Below are positions 17,781 to 28,853 of a stretch of DNA of 64,000 bases, piece after piece. How positions within the stretch are numbered: the stretch's first letter is position 1; each line of letters starts with the position of its first letter. Source of the stretch: an uncultured virus (IMG/VR IMGVR_UViG_3300028920_001041) (taxonomy: Duplodnaviria; Heunggongvirae; Uroviricota; Caudoviricetes); IMG/VR virus record IMGVR_UViG_3300028920_001041. One strand, given 5' to 3'. Under the pieces are notes generated by a model. It was not told where the DNA came from and ran no database searches. It saw only the letters and a list, made by a program, of their open reading frames with translations. Position numbers and translations under genes: made by a program.

Positions 17781-18689
17781 CTACAAAATATCGAGTAATA
17801 AATCATTTTCAGACATAAATAACTCTTCTTTTACTTCTTCTGATTCTATATCTAACGGAATATGATTAATCTCACCATCTATCCCGAATAACCTTAAATA
17901 ATAGTATAGCCCATCTCGCATAAACATACCATCAGTATAGTAATTAACGATCTTGTTTTTATATAAATGCTCGAAGATAACCCGACCCATATTCTCTAGA
18001 TGTCGGCCGTCGGCAATCTTACTATTCCGTCTCTCTGTTCGCCTATAAGTAAACGTATCATGTAGCCAGGGCATAAATTCGAAACGTTTTATATTGAATT
18101 TCTGATAGTATGTATATTGTTTGCATGTAGTAGGTACGTGATTGCAAGGATTAACCAGAAATACATTATAATCAAATTTAAGAATATGACATAAATCAGA
18201 AAATATACCAAGTTTTGATTTAGTCAAATCTAAACTATCCATCACAATTAATCGCTTACAATTAATACTAATCGGTTTCCCTGCATAAATTTCATAAAGT
18301 AATCTAGCAGAACATATTATCGTATCTGCCTCAAATTCTTTATCCTCGGTTAAGCAGGAATACAATCCTAAATCTCCAAAACAACGATTATTTCTAAGAA
18401 ATGGGATTTCAGGAGTAATACCATATTTAGCAGTAGGGTTATCTATACTCAATGGTTCACAATCTGTTGTTTCTTTATTATCATATCTAAACAACTTTGT
18501 TTCTGCTAAAGGAATATTATAATATATATTATTATCCGGGTATTGTGGGTCAAGAAGATATAATTCTGGACATATTATATTAAATGTAATATCATTTCTA
18601 AACATTCTTAGATTTTGATATAAATCAATTAATGAAGTCATAACTCCATCAACGATACTAAGATAATAATGCAAAATCAGAATCTTCAT
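17781..18689 (-). CDS. putative glycosyltransferase-like protein
   Basis: MKILILHY...DGVMTSLIDL N-terminus; ENMGRVIFEHLYKNKIV GT-B-like motif. Confidence 0.5.
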   Translation of the reverse strand: MKILILHYYLSIVDGVMTSLIDLYQNLRMFRNDITFNIICPELYLLDPQYPDNNIYYNIPLAETKLFRYDNKETTDCEPLSIDNPTAKYGITPEIPFLRNNRCFGDLGLYSCLTEDKEFEADTIICSARLLYEIYAGKPISINCKRLIVMDSLDLTKSKLGIFSDLCHILKFDYNVFLVNPCNHVPTTCKQYTYYQKFNIKRFEFMPWLHDTFTYRRTERRNSKIADGRHLENMGRVIFEHLYKNKIVNYYTDGMFMRDGLYYYLRLFGIDGEINHIPLDIESEEVKEELFMSENDLLLDIL

Positions 18690-19615
18690 TTCAACAATGT
18701 CTCCACTAATTTAATAATTTCATCATCTTCTCTCAACCACAACCCTTCAAAATTTTGTTCCGTATCTAATGATCTATAATATCCTCCAGCTTTAACTGAT
18801 TCGACTATATCATGGTATACTACTTTCTTACCATAAAACTTACACTCAGGGATTAAACGAGGTGTAGCATCCCATCCATCATTATAAGGAACATATATAA
18901 GAGTATGAAACATACCCATAAAGTCTTCAATTGGAGGTACTAATAAATGAACGTTATCAATTTTATTTGCCCAAAGATAATATTTCCAATTTCTCTTTCC
19001 GACGTAAATTGCAATTTCTCCATCATATTGTTCAAATAGTTCCATCATTAACATCTTTGGAAACACTCGCTGAGGGATAGATAAATTTATCATATAATCA
19101 TATTTCGCACCATATTCTTTCTTCTTAAAAATATCGAAATATAATTTCTTACGATAAGGTTCACCAAAATCATTAAACTCAAATATTCTATCATCGTACA
19201 TAGTACGATAAGTTTTATAGTATCTTTTTGCTCGTTCATGAGTTTCTTTAATATCAGCCAATGTTACTGTATTAACTGTAATAAGCTTATTACCATGATC
19301 AAGAAACCAATAAACATCAGAGTTAGTCGCACAAAACAATACTTGAGAAATATATGGATCTTTGACAGTTGTATTGATAACAATATCTTGAACTATTAAA
19401 TTATCCCAAACAATTTGAGGTAAATCAATATATCTATCCGATAATATTTGAACTACCTGATCTCTAGTAAATTCTGTATATATTTTATAAATTACACTAG
19501 CTCTATCTCCAAACACTTTATGAAAAAGACAATAATATTCAAAGTTATCAAATAATGATCCGTTGATACAACATTTATCAAATAGAAGAAACGTTATAGT
19601 CTGTTTACTTGGCAT
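18686..19615 (-). CDS. putative glycosyltransferase-like protein
   Basis: NGSLFDNFEYY; DATPRLIPECKFYGKKV; DDEII C-terminus shared with paralogs. Confidence 0.55.
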   Translation of the reverse strand: MPSKQTITFLLFDKCCINGSLFDNFEYYCLFHKVFGDRASVIYKIYTEFTRDQVVQILSDRYIDLPQIVWDNLIVQDIVINTTVKDPYISQVLFCATNSDVYWFLDHGNKLITVNTVTLADIKETHERAKRYYKTYRTMYDDRIFEFNDFGEPYRKKLYFDIFKKKEYGAKYDYMINLSIPQRVFPKMLMMELFEQYDGEIAIYVGKRNWKYYLWANKIDNVHLLVPPIEDFMGMFHTLIYVPYNDGWDATPRLIPECKFYGKKVVYHDIVESVKAGGYYRSLDTEQNFEGLWLREDDEIIKLVETLLK

Positions 19616-20525
19616 TTAGTATTCCCCGTATAATCTTAATGATCTCATCATTTTCCTCTAATGTTAGAGTATGTACTCCTGTCTCAATATCCTTTCTTCT
19701 CCATTTGAGACCTTCATCTTCATAATCAATATTAAAAATGATATTTTTACCAAAGTAAGCACATTCTGTTATAATTCTTGAAGAACAATCAAATTTTCTA
19801 GAAACAGGACCATAAATATAAGTATCAAAGTTTTCAAAAACAAAAGGAACATGTTTATCATAACATTCAATCTTTGGATGATCTATTTTTAAACTTGATA
19901 GGAGAATATACTTATCAAAGAACGAATATTTATTAATTACATCATAAACATATTCTTCTGATTGAATCCTTGCTCCTGGTGGCATATAAATCCAAGCAGA
20001 ATTATCTAGATTTCTCTTCTCAATAAGATTAAATCTATCAAACAATATCTTTTTAACATAATGATAAGTATAATGATTAGAATATGTATTATTATAAATT
20101 CGAGTATCCTGGAGAATATGTATCTTACGAGAATGATTATCTACTCTATACAAATCTTCGGCACATCTAAACCCTGCAATATGGTTTGTAAGTATGACCT
20201 GATTTGAATCTAATAAATCATTATAATCGTATAATTCAACATAAAAGAATACTTTACTTGCAAGTTTTTGATAAATGTTTTTTTCAAAGAATCCTCTATG
20301 TGTTTCAACTATTAAATTCTCATTTAATTCAATTAATTCATCTTTGCTTAAATCATATTTATCTTTAATAGCTGTCATGAATACATCTTTATCATATCCA
20401 TGGACTAAAAATATTAGTGTGTCAAAATGTTCTTTAAGAACCATATAATATTCAAAACATTCATAAAAATGTCCAGATAGTTCCTCACGAAACATCATAG
20501 TTAAACATACATCACAGGTCCTCAA
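19605..20525 (-). CDS. putative glycosyltransferase-like protein
   Basis: SGHFYECFEYY; DCSSRIITECAYFGKNI. Confidence 0.55.
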   Translation of the reverse strand: MRTCDVCLTMMFREELSGHFYECFEYYMVLKEHFDTLIFLVHGYDKDVFMTAIKDKYDLSKDELIELNENLIVETHRGFFEKNIYQKLASKVFFYVELYDYNDLLDSNQVILTNHIAGFRCAEDLYRVDNHSRKIHILQDTRIYNNTYSNHYTYHYVKKILFDRFNLIEKRNLDNSAWIYMPPGARIQSEEYVYDVINKYSFFDKYILLSSLKIDHPKIECYDKHVPFVFENFDTYIYGPVSRKFDCSSRIITECAYFGKNIIFNIDYEDEGLKWRRKDIETGVHTLTLEENDEIIKIIRGILNAK

Positions 20526-21078
20526 TATTTATTCTCTCCCCTCCGTAAAAATGTTTAAACCCGTATTCCTTAAGAATCTCTTTCATTAAAAATTCTTCAT
20601 TATTAAAAGGAAAACAATAATGAATCGGTAAGAAACCTAAATTTATCTCAAACCATTCTAACATCAATTCTGTGTCCCTCTTTATTTCTTCTACTTTTTC
20701 TTGTAACCGTGTGCTATACGTTCTAATATGAGAATATCCGTGTCCACCAATTATAAGATCCGATGATTCTCTTACTAACACTTTAATTTCATCGACAAGC
20801 ATATAATCAAACAAGTTGCCAGTTTCTTCCCATCGAGACATAGCTTCAAAGCAAGTTGGGAAAGTCTTAAATTCTCCAGTAAAATATGGTCTTTTCGGAA
20901 AATTATTGATTAACGCTCCTGACACAAATAGAATCTTTTGTGTATTAAATGTAGATAATATTGGCCAATAATAATATTGACTATATAATGCGTCATCAAA
21001 TGTTAAAATATAATTAGATAGATTAAGAGTTAAATATCGTCTCTCTATCTCATGTATCATTAAAACAGGTTTATTCAA
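20512..21078 (-). CDS. polysaccharide deacetylase (CE4/NodB-like)
   Basis: LTFDD, GGHGYSH, YCFPFN. Confidence 0.85.
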   Translation of the reverse strand: MNKPVLMIHEIERRYLTLNLSNYILTFDDALYSQYYYWPILSTFNTQKILFVSGALINNFPKRPYFTGEFKTFPTCFEAMSRWEETGNLFDYMLVDEIKVLVRESSDLIIGGHGYSHIRTYSTRLQEKVEEIKRDTELMLEWFEINLGFLPIHYCFPFNNEEFLMKEILKEYGFKHFYGGERINIEDL

Positions 21079-22045
21079 AGGAATAAGATCTCCTATTTAG
21101 AAATTCAACTATCCTTGGGCTGAGAGTACAATAAACTCTGCAATTTGCATGATAATTAAGATTCATTAAAATATCTTCATAATATTCACTACTCATTATA
21201 TCTTTATAATGATTTGTCCTTACTTGCAACTTATCTCTATTACGAAGATACATGTCAACAAAATCGCTACCATGCTCTAACCCTCTATTTCTACGGTATA
21301 TTTCGTTTTGTGTTGAGCAATTTTTCTGATTACATATCCATAACTCTCCAGCACTATTAAGATATGTTAATCCGCGCTTTCTCGATTTGCATTCGACGGG
21401 CCGTTTAACTTTATTAAATATCTTATTTAACTCAAATTTTGTTTTGTCATTATTTGAAGGCCGTTGTATAACATCATCATACATTCGACTATTTATCAAT
21501 AAGAATTCCTTACATCCTATATCTTTAGCTAATTTCTTAGCATCTTCAACTTGATGCTCATTATGCTTAAACAAAATAAATTGCCAAATAGCTTCTCCTC
21601 CACCAGCAATGAATCCCTTCATATTATTTAGGATAATGTCACCATGCTTTAAACGATATAATTTATTAGTTTCTCCTATACCATCCAATCCAAAATATAT
21701 TAACTGCATCGTTGAAGCCAAATCTTTCCACCAAGTATAATCGTAAATTGATCCATTTGTATGCATTACCAGTTTTGTGATTGGATATGTTTTATGTATT
21801 TCTTTGACTATAGACAGAAACTCGGGATGAAAAATTGATTCTCCTCTTCCTCCAATGAAATTAATATATTCTAAACTGTTATCTTCATGAATCTCTTTTA
21901 ACAATTTAAAAACAACCCATTTAGGTAAATCAATAATATCTTTAAATTCTGTCAGTACTCTATGACAAAATCTGCAATGTCCATTACATCTTGTAGTTAA
22001 TCCTATTTCTAATTTTGTTACTTCGTAAGGCTTATAATCGCTCAT
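21071..22045 (-). CDS. radical SAM protein (twitch-like C-terminus)
   Basis: CNGHCRFC, HTNG, WQFILFKHNEHQV. Confidence 0.9.
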   Translation of the reverse strand: MSDYKPYEVTKLEIGLTTRCNGHCRFCHRVLTEFKDIIDLPKWVVFKLLKEIHEDNSLEYINFIGGRGESIFHPEFLSIVKEIHKTYPITKLVMHTNGSIYDYTWWKDLASTMQLIYFGLDGIGETNKLYRLKHGDIILNNMKGFIAGGGEAIWQFILFKHNEHQVEDAKKLAKDIGCKEFLLINSRMYDDVIQRPSNNDKTKFELNKIFNKVKRPVECKSRKRGLTYLNSAGELWICNQKNCSTQNEIYRRNRGLEHGSDFVDMYLRNRDKLQVRTNHYKDIMSSEYYEDILMNLNYHANCRVYCTLSPRIVEFLNRRSYSFE

Positions 22046-22991
22046 GATCAACTATCTCATTAAAATTAGTGTGACATTTTTCTTTACATCTATAAATATG
22101 CTCATAGTGTTTACGAATTGATTTAATATATCCGCTATCTATAGCATCATTAAAAGAGTTATAGTATAAGTTATTCTCAGTTGGTTCTTTCTTATAATCT
22201 GATATATATTTTAACCCAATTAGATCTTTAATTTGACTTTTAAAGAAAAGAGTAAAATCATCAACATAGTTATCATCTCCCATAAAACAACAAGGTCTGA
22301 TTTCTCCATAAACAGTTAGATAATATTTATCACGATGGATCATATCACAAACTATATCTTTATCTGTATTTTGATTATTTAACTCAGTTCTTGTTGTATT
22401 ATAAGAAATAAGAGGTCGTTGTAATTCATCTGTGAAACATCTTGACTGTCTTGTCCAAAACCCTACACAACCTATATCTTCAGCTAACTGTTTGACATCT
22501 TCTAATTGATGTTCATTATGTTTAAAAACAATAAACTGAATTATAGCGTTTCCACCACTCATTATAAATGCATCAATATTTTGAACTATCCGATTAAAAT
22601 CTGTACCAACTCTGTGTAAACTATGAGTGTCATTTAACCCATCCACAGCAAATATAATATGATTATTCTTATGGTATCTTATTAATTCACCAAGCTCTGC
22701 CCACCAACCAAAATCATGAACGCTCCCATTAGTCTGTATGGTTACACTTGTATTGTTATGCGAAACATCTTTGATATAAGTAATTAAATCAAAAAGTCTA
22801 GGATAGAATATTGGATCTCCACGATTACCACATAACCCAATAAATTCAAATTGATCAAATGGTATTTTATGGAATATGTTAAAATCCAAATTAATTGGTT
22901 CTAAATCTACCAATTGTGATCTATTACAGAAAGGACATTTAGCGTTACATATAGTTGTTAATTCTATTTCTAGTTCCCGCCATCTTGTCAT
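22032..22991 (-). CDS. radical SAM protein (twitch-like C-terminus; paralog of the neighbour)
   Basis: CNAKCPFC, QTNG, FIVFKHNEHQL, IRPCC. Confidence 0.9.
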   Translation of the reverse strand: MTRWRELEIELTTICNAKCPFCNRSQLVDLEPINLDFNIFHKIPFDQFEFIGLCGNRGDPIFYPRLFDLITYIKDVSHNNTSVTIQTNGSVHDFGWWAELGELIRYHKNNHIIFAVDGLNDTHSLHRVGTDFNRIVQNIDAFIMSGGNAIIQFIVFKHNEHQLEDVKQLAEDIGCVGFWTRQSRCFTDELQRPLISYNTTRTELNNQNTDKDIVCDMIHRDKYYLTVYGEIRPCCFMGDDNYVDDFTLFFKSQIKDLIGLKYISDYKKEPTENNLYYNSFNDAIDSGYIKSIRKHYEHIYRCKEKCHTNFNEIVDHERL

Positions 22992-24085
22992 TCGAAATAA
23001 TCCTCCGGTGAATCATCTCTCCTTATATCAAGAGTAGCACAATGTATTCCTCCGGCAAATAATCGACTATGTCTGAATCTGATAGGAACAGGAGTAAATC
23101 CTTTCTTCTCTAACATTTTGATTGCATTCGGAGAATCCTGATTAATAATCACATGTTCTTCGTCAATAGGGAGAACATTCACATTAATACCTGTGCTTGT
23201 TAAAATCAACTCATTATCTGTGTATTGAGTTTTATCTTTATCATCAGGAGTCATGAATATTTTATCCCATTTTTTAAGAGGCCCTGGTAGTTTATCTAAT
23301 TTCTCTTTCATATTATCAGGGTCAATAAGCAAAACACCAGGTCGAAGTGGCATAAAACATCCATCAATATGACTATCAGTTAATTCTACCATATGAATTT
23401 CAAATTTTCCTTCAAGATACTGCCGTAACCACCGTACTCCCATTCTATGATTTGCAGTTGATGCATTCATGACTATGTGCTTACCGAATTTAAAACAATT
23501 AGCAGCATCAAACATAATCTCAAACTTGTTTGCATCATTATGTACAGCATAATTAAATCCTTGATCATTAATATACGATGTATCAAAAGATTCGTCTAAC
23601 ATCATGGGTTTTGGAGCAGAAACCCAGTTTACACCCTTTCTCCAATACTCATAAAATATGTCTTTAAGTAAATCATTCTCAAAGAATCTACATCTATTAA
23701 GATGTGGAGTTTCAATTATTTCCTCACCAGCTATTAACACTTGATCTCTAGGATTATCAACTGGTTTACACATTCCCTCCCAATAAGGAGTTTTAAATCT
23801 AACTAATTTATCTAATCTCTTAGGCTTTCTAACCGTTACACCAAATTTAATTAACACTTCTTCTAAACCTGCTAAATCTTCTTCTCGTTCGTCCACAAAT
23901 CTAGCGTTCGCTTTAGAATAATCTGTTTTGTCCCAAAATATTGGATTATCTTGACAATACTTTACATTATCATGATATAATAATTTAAAACTCAAATCTT
24001 TACCTGCTACATTAAAATTGTAACATGAGGCTATTATGACCTCCTGAAGTTTACCCCACTCCGTGTAACAATGAACTGGACTCAT
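22988..24085 (-). CDS. amidinotransferase (glycine/inosamine-phosphate amidinotransferase family)
   Basis: EWGKLQEVI, PRDQ, FDAAN, HIDG, GGIHCATLD. Confidence 0.9.
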   Translation of the reverse strand: MSPVHCYTEWGKLQEVIIASCYNFNVAGKDLSFKLLYHDNVKYCQDNPIFWDKTDYSKANARFVDEREEDLAGLEEVLIKFGVTVRKPKRLDKLVRFKTPYWEGMCKPVDNPRDQVLIAGEEIIETPHLNRCRFFENDLLKDIFYEYWRKGVNWVSAPKPMMLDESFDTSYINDQGFNYAVHNDANKFEIMFDAANCFKFGKHIVMNASTANHRMGVRWLRQYLEGKFEIHMVELTDSHIDGCFMPLRPGVLLIDPDNMKEKLDKLPGPLKKWDKIFMTPDDKDKTQYTDNELILTSTGINVNVLPIDEEHVIINQDSPNAIKMLEKKGFTPVPIRFRHSRLFAGGIHCATLDIRRDDSPEDYFE

Positions 24086-25025
24086 CAGTATCTATTATCC
24101 TTTCAAAGTAACGAATAGTGTTCTTTAGTCCCTCAATTAAATTAGTCGTAGGTGCCCAACCTATTGCCTTTTTAATTTTATCAACATCTGGGCACCTTCT
24201 ATTTGGATCATCAATTGGTCGATTTAAATAGGTAATAGAAGTGCTACTTTGTGTCAAGTCCAATACTACATTCGCCAATTGAAGTATTGAGATCTCTTCT
24301 GGATTACCTAAATTAAAAGGAGATAAAAAGTATCTATCGTAATTCACTAACCTAATTACCCCGGACACAAGATCATCAATATAACAAAACGATCGAGTTT
24401 GTGAACCATCACCATGAACAGTTATTCTTTTACCTTTTATTGATTGACATACAAAATTTGAAACGACACGACCATCGTCAACTTGCATTCTTGGACCATA
24501 GGTATTGAATATTCTACCAATTCTAACATGTGTATTATGATTGCGAATATAATCATAACATAATGCTTCAGCACTTCTTTTTCCTTCATTATAGCAAGAT
24601 CGAGGACCAAAACAATTTACATTTCCAAGGTAGTCTTCTGATTGAGGGTGTACTGCTGGATCCCCATACACTTCTGAAGTTGATGCATGAAACATTATTG
24701 CGTTATTTTTTTTCGCTAATTTAAGAACATTTAATGTACCTAATACATTAGTTCTAATAGTTGATATAGTATTCTCTTGACATTTAATTGGACTTGCAGG
24801 ACTTGCAAAATTATATATTTGATCTATATCTGCAATATGGAAAGGATGTTCAATATCCTCTTTTATAAATTTAAAGTTTGATAAACCCTCCAAATGCTGT
24901 ATATTATCCATAGACCCGGTACTTAGATTGTCTAAGCAAATAATGGTATTTTCTCTGTTTTCACATAATTTTTGACAAATATGTGATCCAATGAATCCTG
25001 CGCCTCCAGTCACTAAAATTCTCAT
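24051..25025 (-). CDS. UDP-glucuronate decarboxylase (UDP-xylose synthase-like SDR)
   Basis: VTGGAGFIGSH, ASTSEVYGDP, RSCYNEGKR, RIFNTYGPRM, DGRVVSNF. Confidence 0.92.
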   Translation of the reverse strand: MRILVTGGAGFIGSHICQKLCENRENTIICLDNLSTGSMDNIQHLEGLSNFKFIKEDIEHPFHIADIDQIYNFASPASPIKCQENTISTIRTNVLGTLNVLKLAKKNNAIMFHASTSEVYGDPAVHPQSEDYLGNVNCFGPRSCYNEGKRSAEALCYDYIRNHNTHVRIGRIFNTYGPRMQVDDGRVVSNFVCQSIKGKRITVHGDGSQTRSFCYIDDLVSGVIRLVNYDRYFLSPFNLGNPEEISILQLANVVLDLTQSSTSITYLNRPIDDPNRRCPDVDKIKKAIGWAPTTNLIEGLKNTIRYFERIIDTDESSSLLHGVG

Positions 25026-25033
25026 ATTTCCCC

Positions 25034-25867
25034 TCATATAAATAACTTTACAATTTCATCATCCTTGTTTAAAAATCTATCACTTAATCCTCTATCATTT
25101 AAATCATTAAATCTATAATAACTTCCGTCTCTAACATCATATGGGTTATAATAGAAAATTTTCTTGCCATAATATGCACATTCAAGAAAGAGACGAGGAT
25201 GAGGATCAAAATATTTATTCGCATGGTAATAAATAAACCTATCAAAAAACTCAAATAAATTCTTAAAATGATCAGTTTGTTTAAAATATATAGATCGATT
25301 ACGATCTAAATTTAGTTCTTCGATAAAATTATAATTATCATTCCCGGGTGAATTTATATAATATCCTTTTCTTGTGCCATCTATTTTCCTCATTCGATCA
25401 AATAATAATTTCATTCGATACGGCGTATCTTTATATACGAAAGGCATTTCTCCATAATATGTTACATTATATAAATCTTTACGAAACATATATTCAGGAT
25501 TATCAGTATGTAAATCACTTATAATAGTTATTTCAGTAATTACATCTATTTCCCCTGCTTTTAAAATACCACGCAATCTATTAATTGTCGTGTAATCTAA
25601 TATTAAAACCTTTTCGAATACATAATGTACAATGTTGAATCTTCTTATATTTTCAATATTATCTTTCCAATTCAAGTCGTCCAAGTTATATCGTTCTTCT
25701 ATAATATTAAAGAGATATTGTTTAAACTCGACATTGAAATCTATTAGAATCATCCTCATTTCTGGATTATGTTCTAGTATAGCGAAATAATATTCAAACG
25801 CATCTATTATTGCTCCACTAACCGTTTTATGAGGATATGCATTACAAAGAAGTACAGCATTCATCAT
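25034..25867 (-). CDS. putative glycosyltransferase-like protein
   Basis: SGAIIDAFEYY; DPHPRLFLECAYYGKKI; DDEIV. Confidence 0.55.
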   Translation of the reverse strand: MMNAVLLCNAYPHKTVSGAIIDAFEYYFAILEHNPEMRMILIDFNVEFKQYLFNIIEERYNLDDLNWKDNIENIRRFNIVHYVFEKVLILDYTTINRLRGILKAGEIDVITEITIISDLHTDNPEYMFRKDLYNVTYYGEMPFVYKDTPYRMKLLFDRMRKIDGTRKGYYINSPGNDNYNFIEELNLDRNRSIYFKQTDHFKNLFEFFDRFIYYHANKYFDPHPRLFLECAYYGKKIFYYNPYDVRDGSYYRFNDLNDRGLSDRFLNKDDEIVKLFI

Positions 25868-26685
25868 TAAATACCTTTATCTGGTGTCCACCCGATGAGA
25901 GAGATATGAGAATCTATATCGTCTTCTATTGTTTCTGGTACCATGTCTTCTAAATATAAACGATCTGGGTTATTAAAGAATAAATTAAATTCTTTTCCTG
26001 CGTTCGACAGATAATCTAATTCTTCCCTCTTAACCACTTTACTATCTTCAGAATATTTACGCATATTTAAAAGATCCATAATTGTGAAATACTTATTATA
26101 TTGGGGAGTAGAATGAATAAATTTATTATGATCGAAATGTAATCCAGTTAAATTCATAACATCTTTAATTACTGATTCTTGATTTGCAATCAACGATTCA
26201 AATTTTATACTCATTACATTCGTATATTGACTAACTGGTAAAAATCTTTTAAAATGAGGAAAATAAGCAGAAGCATATTTCTTAACACCACCAACTCTAT
26301 GCTGTGTGACAACCCAACACGCTCTAGGATCTCTACCAATAAAGAATCCATAATCACAATATTTAACAAATTCTTCAGATCTAATAAAAACAAAGACATA
26401 CGGTTTATCTGTTAGATTATCATATATCTTTAATAATAGTTCTTTATTTAAATTATCTCTTACTAGATCAATAGCAAATGAATCACATCCATACGTTTTA
26501 ATTATGTGAAACATATTCTCGCCTGAAAAATCTGTTAATTTATCTAATCTAATATCGTCACCGATATGAGTGGGACTTCTATTCGAATTCATGAAGAATT
26601 GATTCTTAAAATTCTTATTAAATATATCTAAAAGGAGACTCTTTCCTCCATCAGTCATCATCATCAAACCAATTATAGTCTTCAT
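25867..26685 (-). CDS. sulfotransferase-like protein
   Basis: N-terminal GGKSLL loop, GRDPR, IKFESLI...VIKDVMNLTGL pattern. Confidence 0.5.
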   Translation of the reverse strand: MKTIIGLMMMTDGGKSLLLDIFNKNFKNQFFMNSNRSPTHIGDDIRLDKLTDFSGENMFHIIKTYGCDSFAIDLVRDNLNKELLLKIYDNLTDKPYVFVFIRSEEFVKYCDYGFFIGRDPRACWVVTQHRVGGVKKYASAYFPHFKRFLPVSQYTNVMSIKFESLIANQESVIKDVMNLTGLHFDHNKFIHSTPQYNKYFTIMDLLNMRKYSEDSKVVKREELDYLSNAGKEFNLFFNNPDRLYLEDMVPETIEDDIDSHISLIGWTPDKGI

Positions 26686-27443
26686 TAAATCTCCCCCCTT
26701 AATTTCCGCACTCTATTCTCTAAAAGACCAATCTGTTCCGATGAATCAATTCCAAACCCAATATGTTTTATCTTATACATCATAACAGGAATACTAGACT
26801 CAATAAACCTATTTTGCTCAAGACTTTCAATATCTGAGTTTTTACTCCAAATTGACGGACCATTTACTGCAAAGAGATCTCTAGGGAATATAAAAATACC
26901 TACATGCTTATTATACTCTTCTAACTTTAGTCCTTCTCCACTTCTTTTAATCGGCACAACAGCTCTAGAATTATATATCATTCTATTATTATATATTACT
27001 ATTTTACAAGAGAATAGACTAATCAAATCATCTACACTATAAAAACTTGAGTAAAACGATGATATTACATGTCTTGCAAAGTCAAATTTCGATACAACCT
27101 TGTTAACTTCATCAGGATCAATACAAGGTTCATCACTAGGGATAGATATATAATAATCAAAATCTTTATTCGATAAATAATATAAATATGACCGTTCTGA
27201 TCCACAGGATGCTTTACCTACATTGATAGCATCTACACCTATAAAATTCGTTTCTACATAATCAATAATATCTTCACTATCCGTGGCTACTACAATTTTA
27301 TTTAAGAAATCGAGTTTTAAGGCATTACTAATAACATGATGCAATATGGGTTTACCTAAAAATTCGGCAAACAATTTATTAGGGAACCGCTTAGATTTAA
27401 GTCTCGCTGGGATTACCCCTACAGCGCTGTCATTTATCTGCAT
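26685..27443 (-). CDS. kdsB: CMP-Kdo synthetase-like cytidylyltransferase
   Basis: IPARLKSKRFPNK, VVATDS, GSER, DEP, HVGIF, ESLEQNR. Confidence 0.85.
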   Translation of the reverse strand: MQINDSAVGVIPARLKSKRFPNKLFAEFLGKPILHHVISNALKLDFLNKIVVATDSEDIIDYVETNFIGVDAINVGKASCGSERSYLYYLSNKDFDYYISIPSDEPCIDPDEVNKVVSKFDFARHVISSFYSSFYSVDDLISLFSCKIVIYNNRMIYNSRAVVPIKRSGEGLKLEEYNKHVGIFIFPRDLFAVNGPSIWSKNSDIESLEQNRFIESSIPVMMYKIKHIGFGIDSSEQIGLLENRVRKLRGEI

Positions 27444-28269
27444 ATCTAGAGTTTATCTCCTTCATCGCCCTAAGAAATATAGAGTTATGTACAGTTCTAA
27501 ACATATGTTCAGTTCGATCGTCTGTTTTATATCGAAAACAATGAACTCCAATAACTCTAACTTCTTTCATACCTTCTCGCATATAATAAACACCATCGCG
27601 AACATAACAGTCTCTAACGACACAATTCCATTTATATGCATTACCTTTATCATTATTAAAATCAAAGAAATAATTAAGATAAAACTGTTCTGCACACCAA
27701 TTAGCAATAATAAACATATTAGCAAGACATTGTTTAAATCCTAATAGTTTCCTTTTTATTTGAATCACATGACCACCTAAAAGTCCGGCGTTAACAGTTC
27801 CTCCAAATGTTTTAATTAATTTAGCATTTGTTTTTAATTCTTTTTCTTTAATTCTTGGTTCCTTTGGCCCTCTATATATCTTTTTATTTAGATAATCTAA
27901 AGGTATCTTCTCACATGCCATTAAACAGCCAGTGGTTAATTCAATCATTGGCCACAACCCACTAACACTGCCCTGAAACCAGATATCTACATCCATAATA
28001 ACAACATTATAATTTTCATACTTATCTAATAACGGAATTAAATCAATGTATCTCGCTACTCCTGTTACTTCCTCTACTCGCAACATACAATTTACTATCT
28101 TCGCTCCTAACAACTTACAGCGAGCAATTATATCATCATTAATTCCATAGTTTAATATTAGAATTTCTCCATCGTACACTCCTAATGTTCTTAAACTAAT
28201 TATCCAATCTAATAATAATTCTTCTGTCGCTTTACTTGCTGCGCCACATATTAAAGTTTTATTTTCCAT
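27430..28269 (-). CDS. GT-A-fold glycosyltransferase-like protein
   Basis: MDVDIWFQ DxD motif, NAGLLGG, EQFYLN. Confidence 0.65.
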   Translation of the reverse strand: MENKTLICGAASKATEELLLDWIISLRTLGVYDGEILILNYGINDDIIARCKLLGAKIVNCMLRVEEVTGVARYIDLIPLLDKYENYNVVIMDVDIWFQGSVSGLWPMIELTTGCLMACEKIPLDYLNKKIYRGPKEPRIKEKELKTNAKLIKTFGGTVNAGLLGGHVIQIKRKLLGFKQCLANMFIIANWCAEQFYLNYFFDFNNDKGNAYKWNCVVRDCYVRDGVYYMREGMKEVRVIGVHCFRYKTDDRTEHMFRTVHNSIFLRAMKEINSRYADK

Positions 28270-28852
28270 TGATATATTCTTTATAATCAGATATTGCTCG
28301 ATGGTTAGTAAAACATTTCTTTAAGACAGCAGGTGGTACAGTTGCATAATCTGCTCCCTCTAACATTGCGAATATGACATCTGCTTTTTCACGAAAACTT
28401 GCAGCGATAATCCTTGTTTTATATTTGTAGTTCGTTCTAATCCTATTGCATTCATAAAGAAGACCTCTATTTTCATTTTTAGCAATCAGAACTATGCAAT
28501 AATCACAACCTAAGTCACAAGATTGATGAAATTGTAGTACATCATATGTTGTCGTTCCACATACTCTTATACTAGGAGTATCGACCAATTTTCTAATAAG
28601 ATCAAATTTTTGTTTGATTAATGGAACTTTATAAACCATTCTTCCTTTAGCTGCAGGTAAATCTTCCCATATTTGGTTTTCATTATCAATCTGGAGGAAT
28701 ATGTTATCAAACATTCCTGCCATTTTTGAGACAAAATCAGGAGTCTTAACATTCGCTTTTTTAAGAAGGTGAGGATTTGTTGTTACCCCCTCAACATAAT
28801 CTTTCCATTCGACAATTTGTTCTGTATCAGCAGTATCAATAAAGTACTTCAT
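28259..28852 (-). CDS. transaldolase / fructose-6-phosphate aldolase family
   Basis: FIDTA, GVTTNP, VYKVP (Schiff-base Lys), IAASFR, TVPP. Confidence 0.9.
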   Translation of the reverse strand: MKYFIDTADTEQIVEWKDYVEGVTTNPHLLKKANVKTPDFVSKMAGMFDNIFLQIDNENQIWEDLPAAKGRMVYKVPLIKQKFDLIRKLVDTPSIRVCGTTTYDVLQFHQSCDLGCDYCIVLIAKNENRGLLYECNRIRTNYKYKTRIIAASFREKADVIFAMLEGADYATVPPAVLKKCFTNHRAISDYKEYINGK

Positions 28853-28853
28853 A

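Noticed and set aside
28259..28852. Cyanophage-style talC auxiliary metabolic gene
   Set aside because: The family assignment holds, but its position between the kdsA-like and kdsB-like genes points to sugar-precursor supply, so no gene symbol is given
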